A stretch of 64,000 nucleotides of DNA from positions 26,099-90,098 of the IMG/VR virus record IMGVR_UViG_3300043436_003696, one strand, 5' to 3'. The DNA is from a virus. Below are positions 20,003 to 29,183 of the stretch, one piece after another. The position numbers and the translations under genes were made by a program. The notes below the pieces were generated by a model. It saw only the letters and a list, made by a program, of their open reading frames with translations, was not told the origin of the DNA and ran no database searches. Every line of letters starts with the position of its first letter. Positions within the stretch are counted from its first letter, which is position 1.

Positions 20003-20492
20003 GTTTTAATACTACACTATTTATTTTTGTATGTTTTTGTTTATTACCTATTAAAATATCAACATGTCTTAAAAATCTACTATTCATACAATCAGCAACA
20101 ATATAATAACCATTATAATTACCAGCATTTTCTAATATTACAATTTCACCGTAATGAAATTCTTCTAATAAATCTCTACTTAATCCTATAAATTTTTGTG
20201 TAAATGGATTTTTTTTGTCAATTTTATATTGAGCTGAAGTTAAATTAGGAGTTTTATCTGTTTGTTTATCTGTTGCATTATAAGTAGTTACAGTTACTAA
20301 ATAAGATTCTTTTTCCATTGTATCTACAATAGAATAATATAAATCTTTCCATAAACTATCTTGTTCTCGATTTACTTTATTTACAGTATTTATTCTAACA
20401 TTTGTTATATAATGTGTAGAAGCAGAAAGTATAAACAAAAAAAATGTTAAAAACCATAATTTATTAATTGTTTTTTTTTCTTCGTATATCAT
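19983..20492 (-). CDS. Membrane-anchored 3D-domain cell wall hydrolase
   Basis: N-terminal TM helix; VTTYNAT..QTD.TP...IGLSRDLL...VADCMN...VDIL. Confidence 0.8.
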   Translation of the reverse strand: MIYEEKKTINKLWFLTFFLFILSASTHYITNVRINTVNKVNREQDSLWKDLYYSIVDTMEKESYLVTVTTYNATDKQTDKTPNLTSAQYKIDKKNPFTQKFIGLSRDLLEEFHYGEIVILENAGNYNGYYIVADCMNSRFLRHVDILIGNKQKHTKINSVVLKHANRRE

Positions 20493-20712
20493 ATCTATAT
20501 TTATTTATTTTGTTTGATAATTGAGTCACTAATATTTTTTCCATATTCATACCTAATTCTTCTTCTAATTTATATGCTACCGATATACTAATTTGTCTTG
20601 TTCCTAATAATATTTGATTTAAAGTTCCATATTCAACACATAATTTTTCAGCTAATTCTTGTCTTGTAAATTTAGCTATTTCCATTTTTTTAAGTATTTC
20701 AGTACTAATCAT
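20464..20712 (-). CDS. XRE-family HTH regulator
   Basis: TRQELAEKLCVEYGTLNQILLGTRQIS. Confidence 0.85.
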   Translation of the reverse strand: MISTEILKKMEIAKFTRQELAEKLCVEYGTLNQILLGTRQISISVAYKLEEELGMNMEKILVTQLSNKINKYRYDIRRKKNN

Positions 20713-21446
20713 ATTTTTATTATTCTATTATTGACAACATTTATATAATTTTTAAAAATATTTATTTCATCTTCTTTAATATTCAAAGATTTTAATTTAA
20801 GTTTTAACTCAGCTAATTTTGCTTCAGGAGTAAATTGATTTTTTAAATATTTTACTATTCTGTTAGCATCTATTATTCTTTTTGATATAACATTATAATC
20901 AAATGTCATTTCTCCAATTCTTATTTCACAAGTTTTAAATTCAGATTGAAAATTAACCCACCCCCTAGAATTTAAAAAACATGCAGCAGATGATGATGAA
21001 GTATCTTTAGCAGTACCCCATTTAATTAGTTCATTTATTATATAATCATTATGTTTGTAAATAAATTCTTTGTCAATAGAATCAAAAACATCAGTCATAT
21101 CAATGTGATAATGTATTCCACTACCTTCATTTAATGTAAAATAATCTGGTAATAAATTACATATTTCTTGTAAACAAATTAAACCATTTAATTTAGAAGG
21201 TATTCTAAATCTAACTTCTCCATCTCCACCACTAACGTGCATTATATTCGGTATGTTTGAAAAAACTTCTTCTATTTTATTAGAATCATGTATTGAATTA
21301 CATTCTATTTCAAAACCTGTTGAATATGGTAACATATAATCTACAATTTTAAGTAGATTTTTATTTGTTAATTTTAATAAAGCTTGAGGATGATTATATA
21401 CAGCATCCTCAAGCAATTTTATTATTTTAAACGTATCGTTCTCCAT
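20709..21446 (-). CDS. Putative amidoligase (COOH-NH2 ligase-like)
   Basis: GFEIEC, EVRF, SGIHYHID, TCEIR. Confidence 0.65.
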   Translation of the reverse strand: MENDTFKIIKLLEDAVYNHPQALLKLTNKNLLKIVDYMLPYSTGFEIECNSIHDSNKIEEVFSNIPNIMHVSGGDGEVRFRIPSKLNGLICLQEICNLLPDYFTLNEGSGIHYHIDMTDVFDSIDKEFIYKHNDYIINELIKWGTAKDTSSSSAACFLNSRGWVNFQSEFKTCEIRIGEMTFDYNVISKRIIDANRIVKYLKNQFTPEAKLAELKLKLKSLNIKEDEINIFKNYINVVNNRIIKI

Positions 21447-22029
21447 TCCAAGTTTTACCTGTTTTAGGATGTTTATAACCTACATATCTTAAATGTCTAG
21501 CTAATTCTGCTATTTGTTCTACTTCTTTTAAATCTTTTTTTTCAACAAGTTTTTCTGGTTTTAAAATTTCTTTTTCTTCTACACCAGCAGCTTTTTGTTG
21601 GTTAATTTCTTTTTTTAAAATCTTTTTAGTAGTTTTAATATTATTAGATTCTTTTTCTTTTTCTACTTTTTTTTGTTCTTCTACAGCAGAAATTTCAGAT
21701 TCAATAGACAATCTTATTTTCATAGCAGCTATAGTAGTTTTATCTTTAAGTTTATTATATTTAGTAATTTTAGTTATAATAACTGCTATTTCATCTGATG
21801 TGCCTTTTTTAGTAAGTATTGTTTTACCTTTTTTTACATTTAAAGTAGATTTTTTACCTGCTTTAATTTCTTGGTACTTAATTTCTGTAGTTTCGGCTTT
21901 AATTTCAGGTTCTTTATTAACTACTTTTTTAGCAGCAGTCTTTTTTGGAGCAGCTTTCTTAGCAGCAGCTTTTTTAGGAGCGGCTTTTTTAGTTACTTCT
22001 TTTTTTGCAGGTGTTTTTTTAGTTCCCAT
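21427..22029 (-). CDS. Lys/Ala-rich histone H1-like protein
   Basis: N-terminal KKAAPKKAAAKKAAPKKTAAKK repeats; highly basic. Confidence 0.6.
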   Translation of the reverse strand: MGTKKTPAKKEVTKKAAPKKAAAKKAAPKKTAAKKVVNKEPEIKAETTEIKYQEIKAGKKSTLNVKKGKTILTKKGTSDEIAVIITKITKYNKLKDKTTIAAMKIRLSIESEISAVEEQKKVEKEKESNNIKTTKKILKKEINQQKAAGVEEKEILKPEKLVEKKDLKEVEQIAELARHLRYVGYKHPKTGKTWNGERYV

Positions 22030-22411
22030 TTTGAATTGTTATTTTAGCTATTATTTTATGAATTGAAAAGTTTTTTTCTTTATTTATTGTTATTTTTTTT
22101 CTAACATCTTCTAATAATTCTTCAACACAAGATTCTTCTATTTGTTTTAAAGATTCTTGACCAAATTCTTTAACTTGAAAATCAGAAATTTCTTTTTCTA
22201 CTACAAAAGTATTTAATTTTTCTAATTCTAATTTTATCTCATTTCTTAATGTAATTAATTCTTCTGCTGATTTTTCTAATTCTTTAATTATTGTTAAATT
22301 CTTTTTAGTATTGGTATAAAATTCTAAATTTAAATTTTGATAATTTTCTTCTGCGCTATGATATTTTTGCATTAAATTATCATACTTTTTTTTACTTATT
22401 AATCCAAACAT
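22019..22411 (-). CDS. Hypothetical coiled-coil protein
   Basis: 130 aa E/K/L-rich ORF. Confidence 0.55.
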   Translation of the reverse strand: MFGLISKKKYDNLMQKYHSAEENYQNLNLEFYTNTKKNLTIIKELEKSAEELITLRNEIKLELEKLNTFVVEKEISDFQVKEFGQESLKQIEESCVEELLEDVRKKITINKEKNFSIHKIIAKITIQNGN

Positions 22412-22412
22412 A

Positions 22413-25067
22413 TTATTCTTCTCCTTCTGATGTGTTAAATTGTTGTAATTCTAATTCTTGGTTTTCTTCTAAATCTTCTTCATAAGTAATATCATCACTT
22501 TCAGGAGTAGATTCTTCACTAGTTAAAAAAGCATCTGCTTGTTTTTGCTGTTCATAAGCTTTTCTATTAGCTTCTTCTTGTTCTTTTGTCATAAATTGTT
22601 TATTTAAATATTTAAAAGAATTTTTTATTACGTCTTCTGGGTCTATTAATCCAAAACTATTAATAAAAACATTTGATAATTCTTTTTGTTTTTGCTGTGG
22701 TATATTTGAATTATTATAATGTATATAATTAAGTTTTTTACCCCTACTTTTTAAATAATCTATTATATATGGTAAAGAATCTTCATCCCAATTTAAGTGT
22801 TGTAGTATTTCACAACCATCAAAATAATTATTTACCCATTCAAAAACATCACAAATAGATTTATCTTCGTATTTAATAATACCAGATTTTGTTAAACTTA
22901 ATAATTCTTTAGCAAATTCTTTATTTTCATCTATTCTCCAATCTACTTTATCTGTATAAGATTCTAATTCTTTAACAGCTAAATAAATATTAAAATTAAT
23001 TTTTTTCAATATATTTAAAGCTGTAGAATTACTAAATAAAGATTGATATTTTTTTCTTATTTGTATTGTTTGTATTAATCTACATACTATTTTATTATTA
23101 CTTTGCATAAATAAATTTACATGTGCCGCATTAGGCATTTTATTAAATAAATATTCATTTGATTGACTTATTCTTATTATTTTAATAGCTTGTTCATTAA
23201 GAACAGATTCAGAATAAATAAAAGATTTATTTAACTGAAGAAGTTTTGAAATAAATTCTAATTTTGTATTATCTTTTAAAAATCCATATATAAGAATACC
23301 TTTAAAATTTTTTAATGTATTTAAATGTAAATCACCTACATAAGAACTTGAAATATTTTTATAAGGTATAATACCATCTAATTTAAGTTTTGGTTGTCTA
23401 TTTGCCTTAGCAATTGCTTTTTGTTTAGCTAACCATTCTTCAGGTATTTTAAAATCTTTATATTCAATTACTTCAAAATCTTTTTTTAATTCTTCAAAAA
23501 TTATATTTCTATATTCTAATAATTCTTTAATAATACCTACAGGTTTATTAAAAACAGTAGTTTTAACTTTTTTATAAGAAACAATTAAATTACCTTCCCC
23601 ATCTCTTTTTTTTACTGGAACTGTTTTATTAATTTCAATTTCATTAAATTTTATACCAACACTTTCTAACCAAGCATTATAATAATATTTAGATATTTTT
23701 TTACGTTTTACAAATATACAATTATTAATATATTTTTTAAATTCCTTACTTTCTGGTATATTATCAGTTTCTTCTAATAAAACTATTTTAGTAATTACAG
23801 AATCATAATTAATTAAATTTAAATCATTATTTTTAACTTCTTTACCATATACTATTTTTTTATTAAGCACGTTAAACGAATATAAAATATTTTCTATTTT
23901 AGCAGGATTAATTACTTTAAAATGTGTTATAGGTTTAAATAAAATAGATGTTAAATTATATAAACAAGTTGCATCTAAACTGTAATTAAAATTATCACTA
24001 ATAGGAAAAATTAAATATTTGTTTTTACCTTTAGAAAAATTTATTTTTTTTACATAATTAATTAAACCTTCTACAGGTAAATTTTGTTCATTATATCTTT
24101 TTATTAAGTTTTTAACTACATCAGCTATTTTATTTTTTATTAATAATATAGTTTCATCTGAATAAAGAATAGATTCTCTAGTCATTGTTACTTGAATATC
24201 ACCAATATTAAACTTAATGCCTATAGGTATATTAATTTTTTCAACCCCTATAGTTTTCCAATCTATTGGATAACAAACTTTTCCTAAAACTAAATGTATT
24301 TCTTTAGAATATTGGTTAGTAGTACGTAATTTAAATAAATCAGATTCAACAATTTTACCTGAATTATATGATTGTTCTAATTTATATAATTTATAATCAT
24401 CGTAATAACAGTAATTATCTTTAAATTCAAAAATAACATTATCAAAAAAAGATAATTCTTTAACAACTATACTAGCAATATAATTTATTTCTTTTACTTC
24501 ACTATAATTATTTATTTTATAATCTTCTTCTTTTAAATAAATTTTTACTGTAGTTCCATTAGTTAAATTAGTTTCTTCATTTTCAATTAATAATGTAACA
24601 TCAGGCATACCTGAAGTTTTACGGTAAACATTAAATTGATTTAATAATCCATTTTTTACACTAGTAACAATAAAATTATTTTGATAAGATAAAGGTGACA
24701 TTCTTCCTATACCAAAACCACCTATTTGTTCATTACTTTGGTCTTTTGTAGAATCTAAAATTTGAGTGTATCTTTTTGTAATAAACTCATAATCCATTCC
24801 AATTCCTTTATCTATAATTTCAATATAATTTCCACCATCATCATCATCTAATTTAACAATAACTGGATTAGGATTATTAGCTTCTTTCATAGCATCCCAA
24901 GCATTTGATACAGTTTCTCTAATAAATGAAGCTCTAGGATTATGATAACCGCCAATTAAAATATCAAATAATTTATCTGTTTTGTCTAATTTAATACTTG
25001 TTTTAAGAGTACTTTCATCATTAAAATTTGTATTAATTTCTGCTAAATTTTCTTCTTTTAATTTCAT
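22413..25067 (-). CDS. rIIA-like protein with a GHKL ATPase N-terminus
   Basis: RETVSNAWDA, IIDKGIGM, STKD...IGGFGIG, NGTTV, TRESILY. Probable start MKLKEEN. Confidence 0.85.
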   Translation of the reverse strand: MKLKEENLAEINTNFNDESTLKTSIKLDKTDKLFDILIGGYHNPRASFIRETVSNAWDAMKEANNPNPVIVKLDDDDGGNYIEIIDKGIGMDYEFITKRYTQILDSTKDQSNEQIGGFGIGRMSPLSYQNNFIVTSVKNGLLNQFNVYRKTSGMPDVTLLIENEETNLTNGTTVKIYLKEEDYKINNYSEVKEINYIASIVVKELSFFDNVIFEFKDNYCYYDDYKLYKLEQSYNSGKIVESDLFKLRTTNQYSKEIHLVLGKVCYPIDWKTIGVEKINIPIGIKFNIGDIQVTMTRESILYSDETILLIKNKIADVVKNLIKRYNEQNLPVEGLINYVKKINFSKGKNKYLIFPISDNFNYSLDATCLYNLTSILFKPITHFKVINPAKIENILYSFNVLNKKIVYGKEVKNNDLNLINYDSVITKIVLLEETDNIPESKEFKKYINNCIFVKRKKISKYYYNAWLESVGIKFNEIEINKTVPVKKRDGEGNLIVSYKKVKTTVFNKPVGIIKELLEYRNIIFEELKKDFEVIEYKDFKIPEEWLAKQKAIAKANRQPKLKLDGIIPYKNISSSYVGDLHLNTLKNFKGILIYGFLKDNTKLEFISKLLQLNKSFIYSESVLNEQAIKIIRISQSNEYLFNKMPNAAHVNLFMQSNNKIVCRLIQTIQIRKKYQSLFSNSTALNILKKINFNIYLAVKELESYTDKVDWRIDENKEFAKELLSLTKSGIIKYEDKSICDVFEWVNNYFDGCEILQHLNWDEDSLPYIIDYLKSRGKKLNYIHYNNSNIPQQKQKELSNVFINSFGLIDPEDVIKNSFKYLNKQFMTKEQEEANRKAYEQQKQADAFLTSEESTPESDDITYEEDLEENQELELQQFNTSEGEE

Positions 25068-25339
25068 AAATTTTTGTCTTCGTATAAATGCCAAACAAAT
25101 AAATCTTCTTTTTGTAATATTGTACCTATATAAATTAAATTACCTTTAAAAAACATATCACCTGTGCGTATAATACAAAATTTTCTTTTTACTTGTTTTA
25201 TAATTTCACTTGTTTCAAACTCATACCATATCATAGGTACTTCATTTTGAGTTTTAAAACATAAAATATTAGCATTTTTAGGTAAAGACAAAAAAAAATT
25301 ATCACTAATAGGTATTTCTTTTTTAAGTATTACATTCAT
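25064..25339 (-). CDS. Conserved phage hypothetical protein
   Basis: LPKNANIL...IW...RTGD...YIGT...FVWHLYE pattern. Confidence 0.6.
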   Translation of the reverse strand: MNVILKKEIPISDNFFLSLPKNANILCFKTQNEVPMIWYEFETSEIIKQVKRKFCIIRTGDMFFKGNLIYIGTILQKEDLFVWHLYEDKNL

Positions 25340-25647
25340 TTTGTTTCAATATTAAATTCATGTCTCCAAAATCTTACTCCTGTGTATTCTTTTTTACCAT
25401 CAGGTTTTTTTTCTTGAATAAATTCTTTTAAATAAACTATTTTAATACCTTCAGATTCTTTAAATATTTGCTTTAATTTACTTACAAAATAACTTATTTT
25501 AGTTTCAGCTAATTTATCTTTTGGAATAACAAAAGATTCATCTTCTGAAGTAATTTGTTTTAAACATGCTATAGCATTATTAAATACTTCATTTACATCT
25601 TTTTTATTAGGGTGTAGATATTTTTTACCTTTTTCTATTCTAAACAT
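25336..25647 (-). CDS. Hypothetical DNA-binding-like protein
   Basis: FRIEKG...ESFV...GVRFWR. Confidence 0.5.
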   Translation of the reverse strand: MFRIEKGKKYLHPNKKDVNEVFNNAIACLKQITSEDESFVIPKDKLAETKISYFVSKLKQIFKESEGIKIVYLKEFIQEKKPDGKKEYTGVRFWRHEFNIETK

Positions 25648-25649
25648 AG

Positions 25650-25904
25650 TTATATTTCTTTAAGTTTTTTGGTTTTATAATAATTTTTTAATCCGTGTTC
25701 AGCTAATAATTCTTTATTGTGAGCTTTTATAGCTATATTAAACATTTTTCCTATAAAATGACAATGTTCAAAAGTTCCTTCTGCTAATTTAAACAATTGA
25801 TTATTTTGTTGAACTTCTACCCGCCAATTTTTAGTTTCCATTGTATCACAACTACGACTAAAAGAATTTTTTTTTCTATTTGTATTGAAAAGATTTATTT
25901 TCAT
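25650..25904 (-). CDS. Hypothetical protein
   Basis: Coupled ORF in the operon. Confidence 0.5.
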   Translation of the reverse strand: MKINLFNTNRKKNSFSRSCDTMETKNWRVEVQQNNQLFKLAEGTFEHCHFIGKMFNIAIKAHNKELLAEHGLKNYYKTKKLKEI

Positions 25905-26326
25905 AATATTTTTACATTAAAATCAACCAATTCTCTTTTTATTATCTGCTCTAAAATATTCCACCTAACACCTTCTATTTTAGGTATTGCTATAAATTCA
26001 TCACCTTTTAATACAGCACAAATATTTCTTAATCCTAAAGCAAAAGCAGTATATTCAAAATTAATTGGTATTACTTTATATTCATAACTAGTATATATAT
26101 TAAAGATAGTTAAATCTAAATTTTTGTAATAACAACTACTAAATTCACCTAATTTAAATATATCACCTTTTATTGTTTTTAAATCAGCTTTATTAACTTC
26201 TGGAAAAGCTTTAGCTAATTCTTTGTTATTCATATTACAAAAGCAATTACAAAAATTAATTATAACATCAAATTCTCCTTTAATCGCTTCTATAACAATG
26301 TTTTTATTTTGAGTATGTTCAATCAT
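25901..26326 (-). CDS. Macro-domain-like protein (phage type, degenerate)
   Basis: FDVIINFCNCFCNM...FPEV..AD...KLGEFS...NIYT...IAIPKI. Confidence 0.7.
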   Translation of the reverse strand: MIEHTQNKNIVIEAIKGEFDVIINFCNCFCNMNNKELAKAFPEVNKADLKTIKGDIFKLGEFSSCYYKNLDLTIFNIYTSYEYKVIPINFEYTAFALGLRNICAVLKGDEFIAIPKIEGVRWNILEQIIKRELVDFNVKIL

Positions 26327-26337
26327 AAAATTTTTGA

Positions 26338-26904
26338 TTAATCCAATAATTTTTCAAGTTCTTCATATTTTTCAGTTGTAATTATATTTTGTTTTAAAGC
26401 TTCTAAAATTTCTTCTTTAATAACAGGTTTAATTGTACAATATTTATTATTAGAATCCCACCAAACAATAATTGTTTCTGTTTCTAAATTAAGATTGTTA
26501 TTTTGTAACAATTTAATGTATTCACTGTTTTTTAATAATATTAATTGATTAGGTTCTTTAATAGCTAAATGATTATCAAATAAAAAAAGATTAAGATTTG
26601 AAAAATGTTTATCAACTCTTAAAAGTTTATATGTCATAGATTTTCCTGCTTCTACAGCTTCTTCTTTAAAACTTTTTTCTTCCTCTTCACTAAATTTAGA
26701 TATTACTTTCCAATCAATTTGATTACGATGTTCATCTGTAATTTCTTCTTCTTTAGAAACACCTAATTCTTCTAATTTTTTTTCAGCTCTTTTAATAATT
26801 TCTTTTTGTTTTAAATCATCTATTAAAAATTGAGTATATTCATCACTAGCTAACTTTTCTTTTCCTAATCCTTTTAAATATAATTTATTTATTTTTATGT
26901 TCAT
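26338..26904 (-). CDS. Hypothetical protein
   Basis: 188 aa ORF. Confidence 0.6.
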   Translation of the reverse strand: MNIKINKLYLKGLGKEKLASDEYTQFLIDDLKQKEIIKRAEKKLEELGVSKEEEITDEHRNQIDWKVISKFSEEEEKSFKEEAVEAGKSMTYKLLRVDKHFSNLNLFLFDNHLAIKEPNQLILLKNSEYIKLLQNNNLNLETETIIVWWDSNNKYCTIKPVIKEEILEALKQNIITTEKYEELEKLLD

Positions 26905-26967
26905 TTTATAATATTTTAAAAACCCCTACCATTTCTGATAGGAGTTTAACCAACAATTAATTATTAA

Positions 26968-27321
26968 TTAAAATGAAGCTAGCATACTTTCAAAATAAAT
27001 AATTGATTTTCTTACTTCTTCAAGTTTTTCAGTAGATTCATCAAATCTTAATTTATAAGATTGAATGTTTTGAATGTAACTTTGATTATTTGTAAATACT
27101 GTAGTTGGGTATTTAGCGTTATGTAAAGCTTCTAAAGAATCTTCTACCTCATTTTCTAAATCTACTTCTTTAGCTCTTAATGCTGCTAATTGCCCTTCTA
27201 CTGCTGAAATTGCTTTTCTTGCAATTTTTTCTGATAATACAGCTGCATCATCACCCTTTAATTTCGCTAATATTTCTTTTGCAAAACTTTGACCTTTTTT
27301 TACTTTTGTTTCTAATGACAT
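26968..27321 (-). CDS. Hypothetical coiled-coil protein
   Basis: 117 aa helical ORF followed by a hairpin at about 26920-26947. Confidence 0.65.
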   Translation of the reverse strand: MSLETKVKKGQSFAKEILAKLKGDDAAVLSEKIARKAISAVEGQLAALRAKEVDLENEVEDSLEALHNAKYPTTVFTNNQSYIQNIQSYKLRFDESTEKLEEVRKSIIYFESMLASF

Positions 27322-27332
27322 AATTTTTAATT

Positions 27333-28373
27333 TTAAATGATAAATAATTGTTTTACTTTTTGTTTTTTGTTGGTTATTATTATAGGTTCTTGAAATTCAA
27401 GATTAATTGTTGGTGTTAATGGATATTGGCTATTTACAGGACTACTAGCTGTATGAATTTTACTTTCATTATCTGTTGAAAATAAAAATGTAGTACCAGA
27501 ATCAATTGTATCTGCTGAAGTTCCCAATGCAGTATTAAAATTACCTGTAATATTATTATAAAGTCCTTCTACTCCCAATGTCGAGTAAAGACAGTTATTT
27601 GTTTTTACTAATTTAGCAGATTTAGCAAATAGAGAATTATCAGAAAAATAATCAAATCTTTTAGTTGTATCAGAATTAATAAGTATATCACCAGATATAT
27701 GTTTGTGTTCATAAATACAAGTATTAGATTTTAAATTCCAAGTAGAATTATTAGAATCTAATAAATTATTCATTTTTTGAATATCTGTATGAATATTTAC
27801 AATTTCTATTATTTCTTTATTATTTTTATCATCTGTAATTTCATAATGATTACCTATTTCTAATTTAACTACTGGTTCTTTTTTGGTTTCAAGATTACTT
27901 TCAGAAATAAAATCTTCGGGTATTAGTTCATATTTAGTTTGATTTTTTTCAAGTACGCCAGAACAAAGATATCCATGTTGACTAGGAAAATTAGCTTCTA
28001 ACGAAGTTTTTTCATGGTTAGTAATTAATCCATATTCTCCTGCTTTAACGTTACCTGCCTGAGGGTAATCAATTAAAGCTTTTAAATATCTACCAACTAA
28101 CGATTTTTTTTCAAGTTCTTCTTTCAATACCCATTTTTTAAATTGCTCAAATGAAATTTCTGTATGCGCAGAACGTTTATAAAAACCCCAATTATTGTTA
28201 GATAATCCTTTTTCTATTACTTCTTCTAATTTTGATGGATAAAATCCGATTTTTCCTTCAATTAACCCACATTCAATTTTGTCAAAATATTCAGCTACAA
28301 TTTTAGCTTCTTCTAATGTATTAGGTTTAATATACCATTTTTCAGGTAATTCTTTTAATTCATTGTCTATCAT
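27333..28373 (-). CDS. Hypothetical multi-module protein
   Basis: 346 aa; LPEKWYI...EISFEQFKKWVLK N-terminal module. Confidence 0.65.
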   Translation of the reverse strand: MIDNELKELPEKWYIKPNTLEEAKIVAEYFDKIECGLIEGKIGFYPSKLEEVIEKGLSNNNWGFYKRSAHTEISFEQFKKWVLKEELEKKSLVGRYLKALIDYPQAGNVKAGEYGLITNHEKTSLEANFPSQHGYLCSGVLEKNQTKYELIPEDFISESNLETKKEPVVKLEIGNHYEITDDKNNKEIIEIVNIHTDIQKMNNLLDSNNSTWNLKSNTCIYEHKHISGDILINSDTTKRFDYFSDNSLFAKSAKLVKTNNCLYSTLGVEGLYNNITGNFNTALGTSADTIDSGTTFLFSTDNESKIHTASSPVNSQYPLTPTINLEFQEPIIITNKKQKVKQLFII

Positions 28374-28594
28374 AATTTTGTATCTTCTAATTGTATTACA
28401 ATTTCTAATAAATCATTAACTTCTTTTTCAAGTTTTTCATGTTCATTACGAAGTTCTGTAAAAAACCTAACTGCATCATGGTGTTCAACTTTTACCATAT
28501 CTTGCATAACTTGTAAAACATATTCAAAAGATTTTTCTTCTGCTTTACACCATTGATTTATTGTAGCTAATTTAAGTTTTGTTATTTGTTTCAT
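28370..28594 (-). CDS. Hypothetical protein
   Basis: 74 aa coupled ORF. Confidence 0.55.
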   Translation of the reverse strand: MKQITKLKLATINQWCKAEEKSFEYVLQVMQDMVKVEHHDAVRFFTELRNEHEKLEKEVNDLLEIVIQLEDTKL

Positions 28595-28775
28595 AGTTTA
28601 ATATATTTTAAAACATTTTCTTTTTCTTGTACCATACCATATCCAAATCCCTTCCTTAGAAACATCTATTCTAGGTTTAAAGGAAAGTTCTACTATTATG
28701 TAGATTAATAATATTGTTGTTAATAATTCAAAATCCATAATTTTATTTTAGTTTAATTCTTTTGTAATTAGTTTG

Positions 28776-29122
28776 TGGAGATGTGGGGAGTCGAACCCCA
28801 GTCCGAATAGTTGCTATAATACAACTTGATTACATGCTTAAATCTATTATTGCTAATTGATTAGTATTAGGCTGAACCGAAATTCAGCTCCACCAGTTAG
28901 TTTAAAGTTCTAACAAACTTTTGATTAAGCAGCTAAAGCTACTTTTTCAGTTTTAGCAAATAAAGCTACAATGTTATTTGTAGTTGTTTCAGCAAAATTC
29001 CTAGAATTTTCTGAAATTGTATTGTTGTTTGCGTTTGTTTTTGATACTAATTTAGATGTAATGTATCTACCATCGCATGATTGTATTAAGGCTTAACACT
29101 CTCGTCAATTCCCGTCATCCCC
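28776..29122 (-). ncRNA. ssrA: tmRNA
   Basis: 5' GGGGATGACGGGAATTGAC; 3' GGACTGGGGTTCGACTCCCCACATCTCCA; acceptor stem GGGGATG/CATCTCC with G3:U70; internal tag frame 29032-28925 ending ALAA-stop. Confidence 0.95.
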
Positions 29123-29183
29123 ATTATTTTTATTTAAAATTATAAAAAACCTGTTTTATGTCGTGTGTAATTAATGTCTTCTA

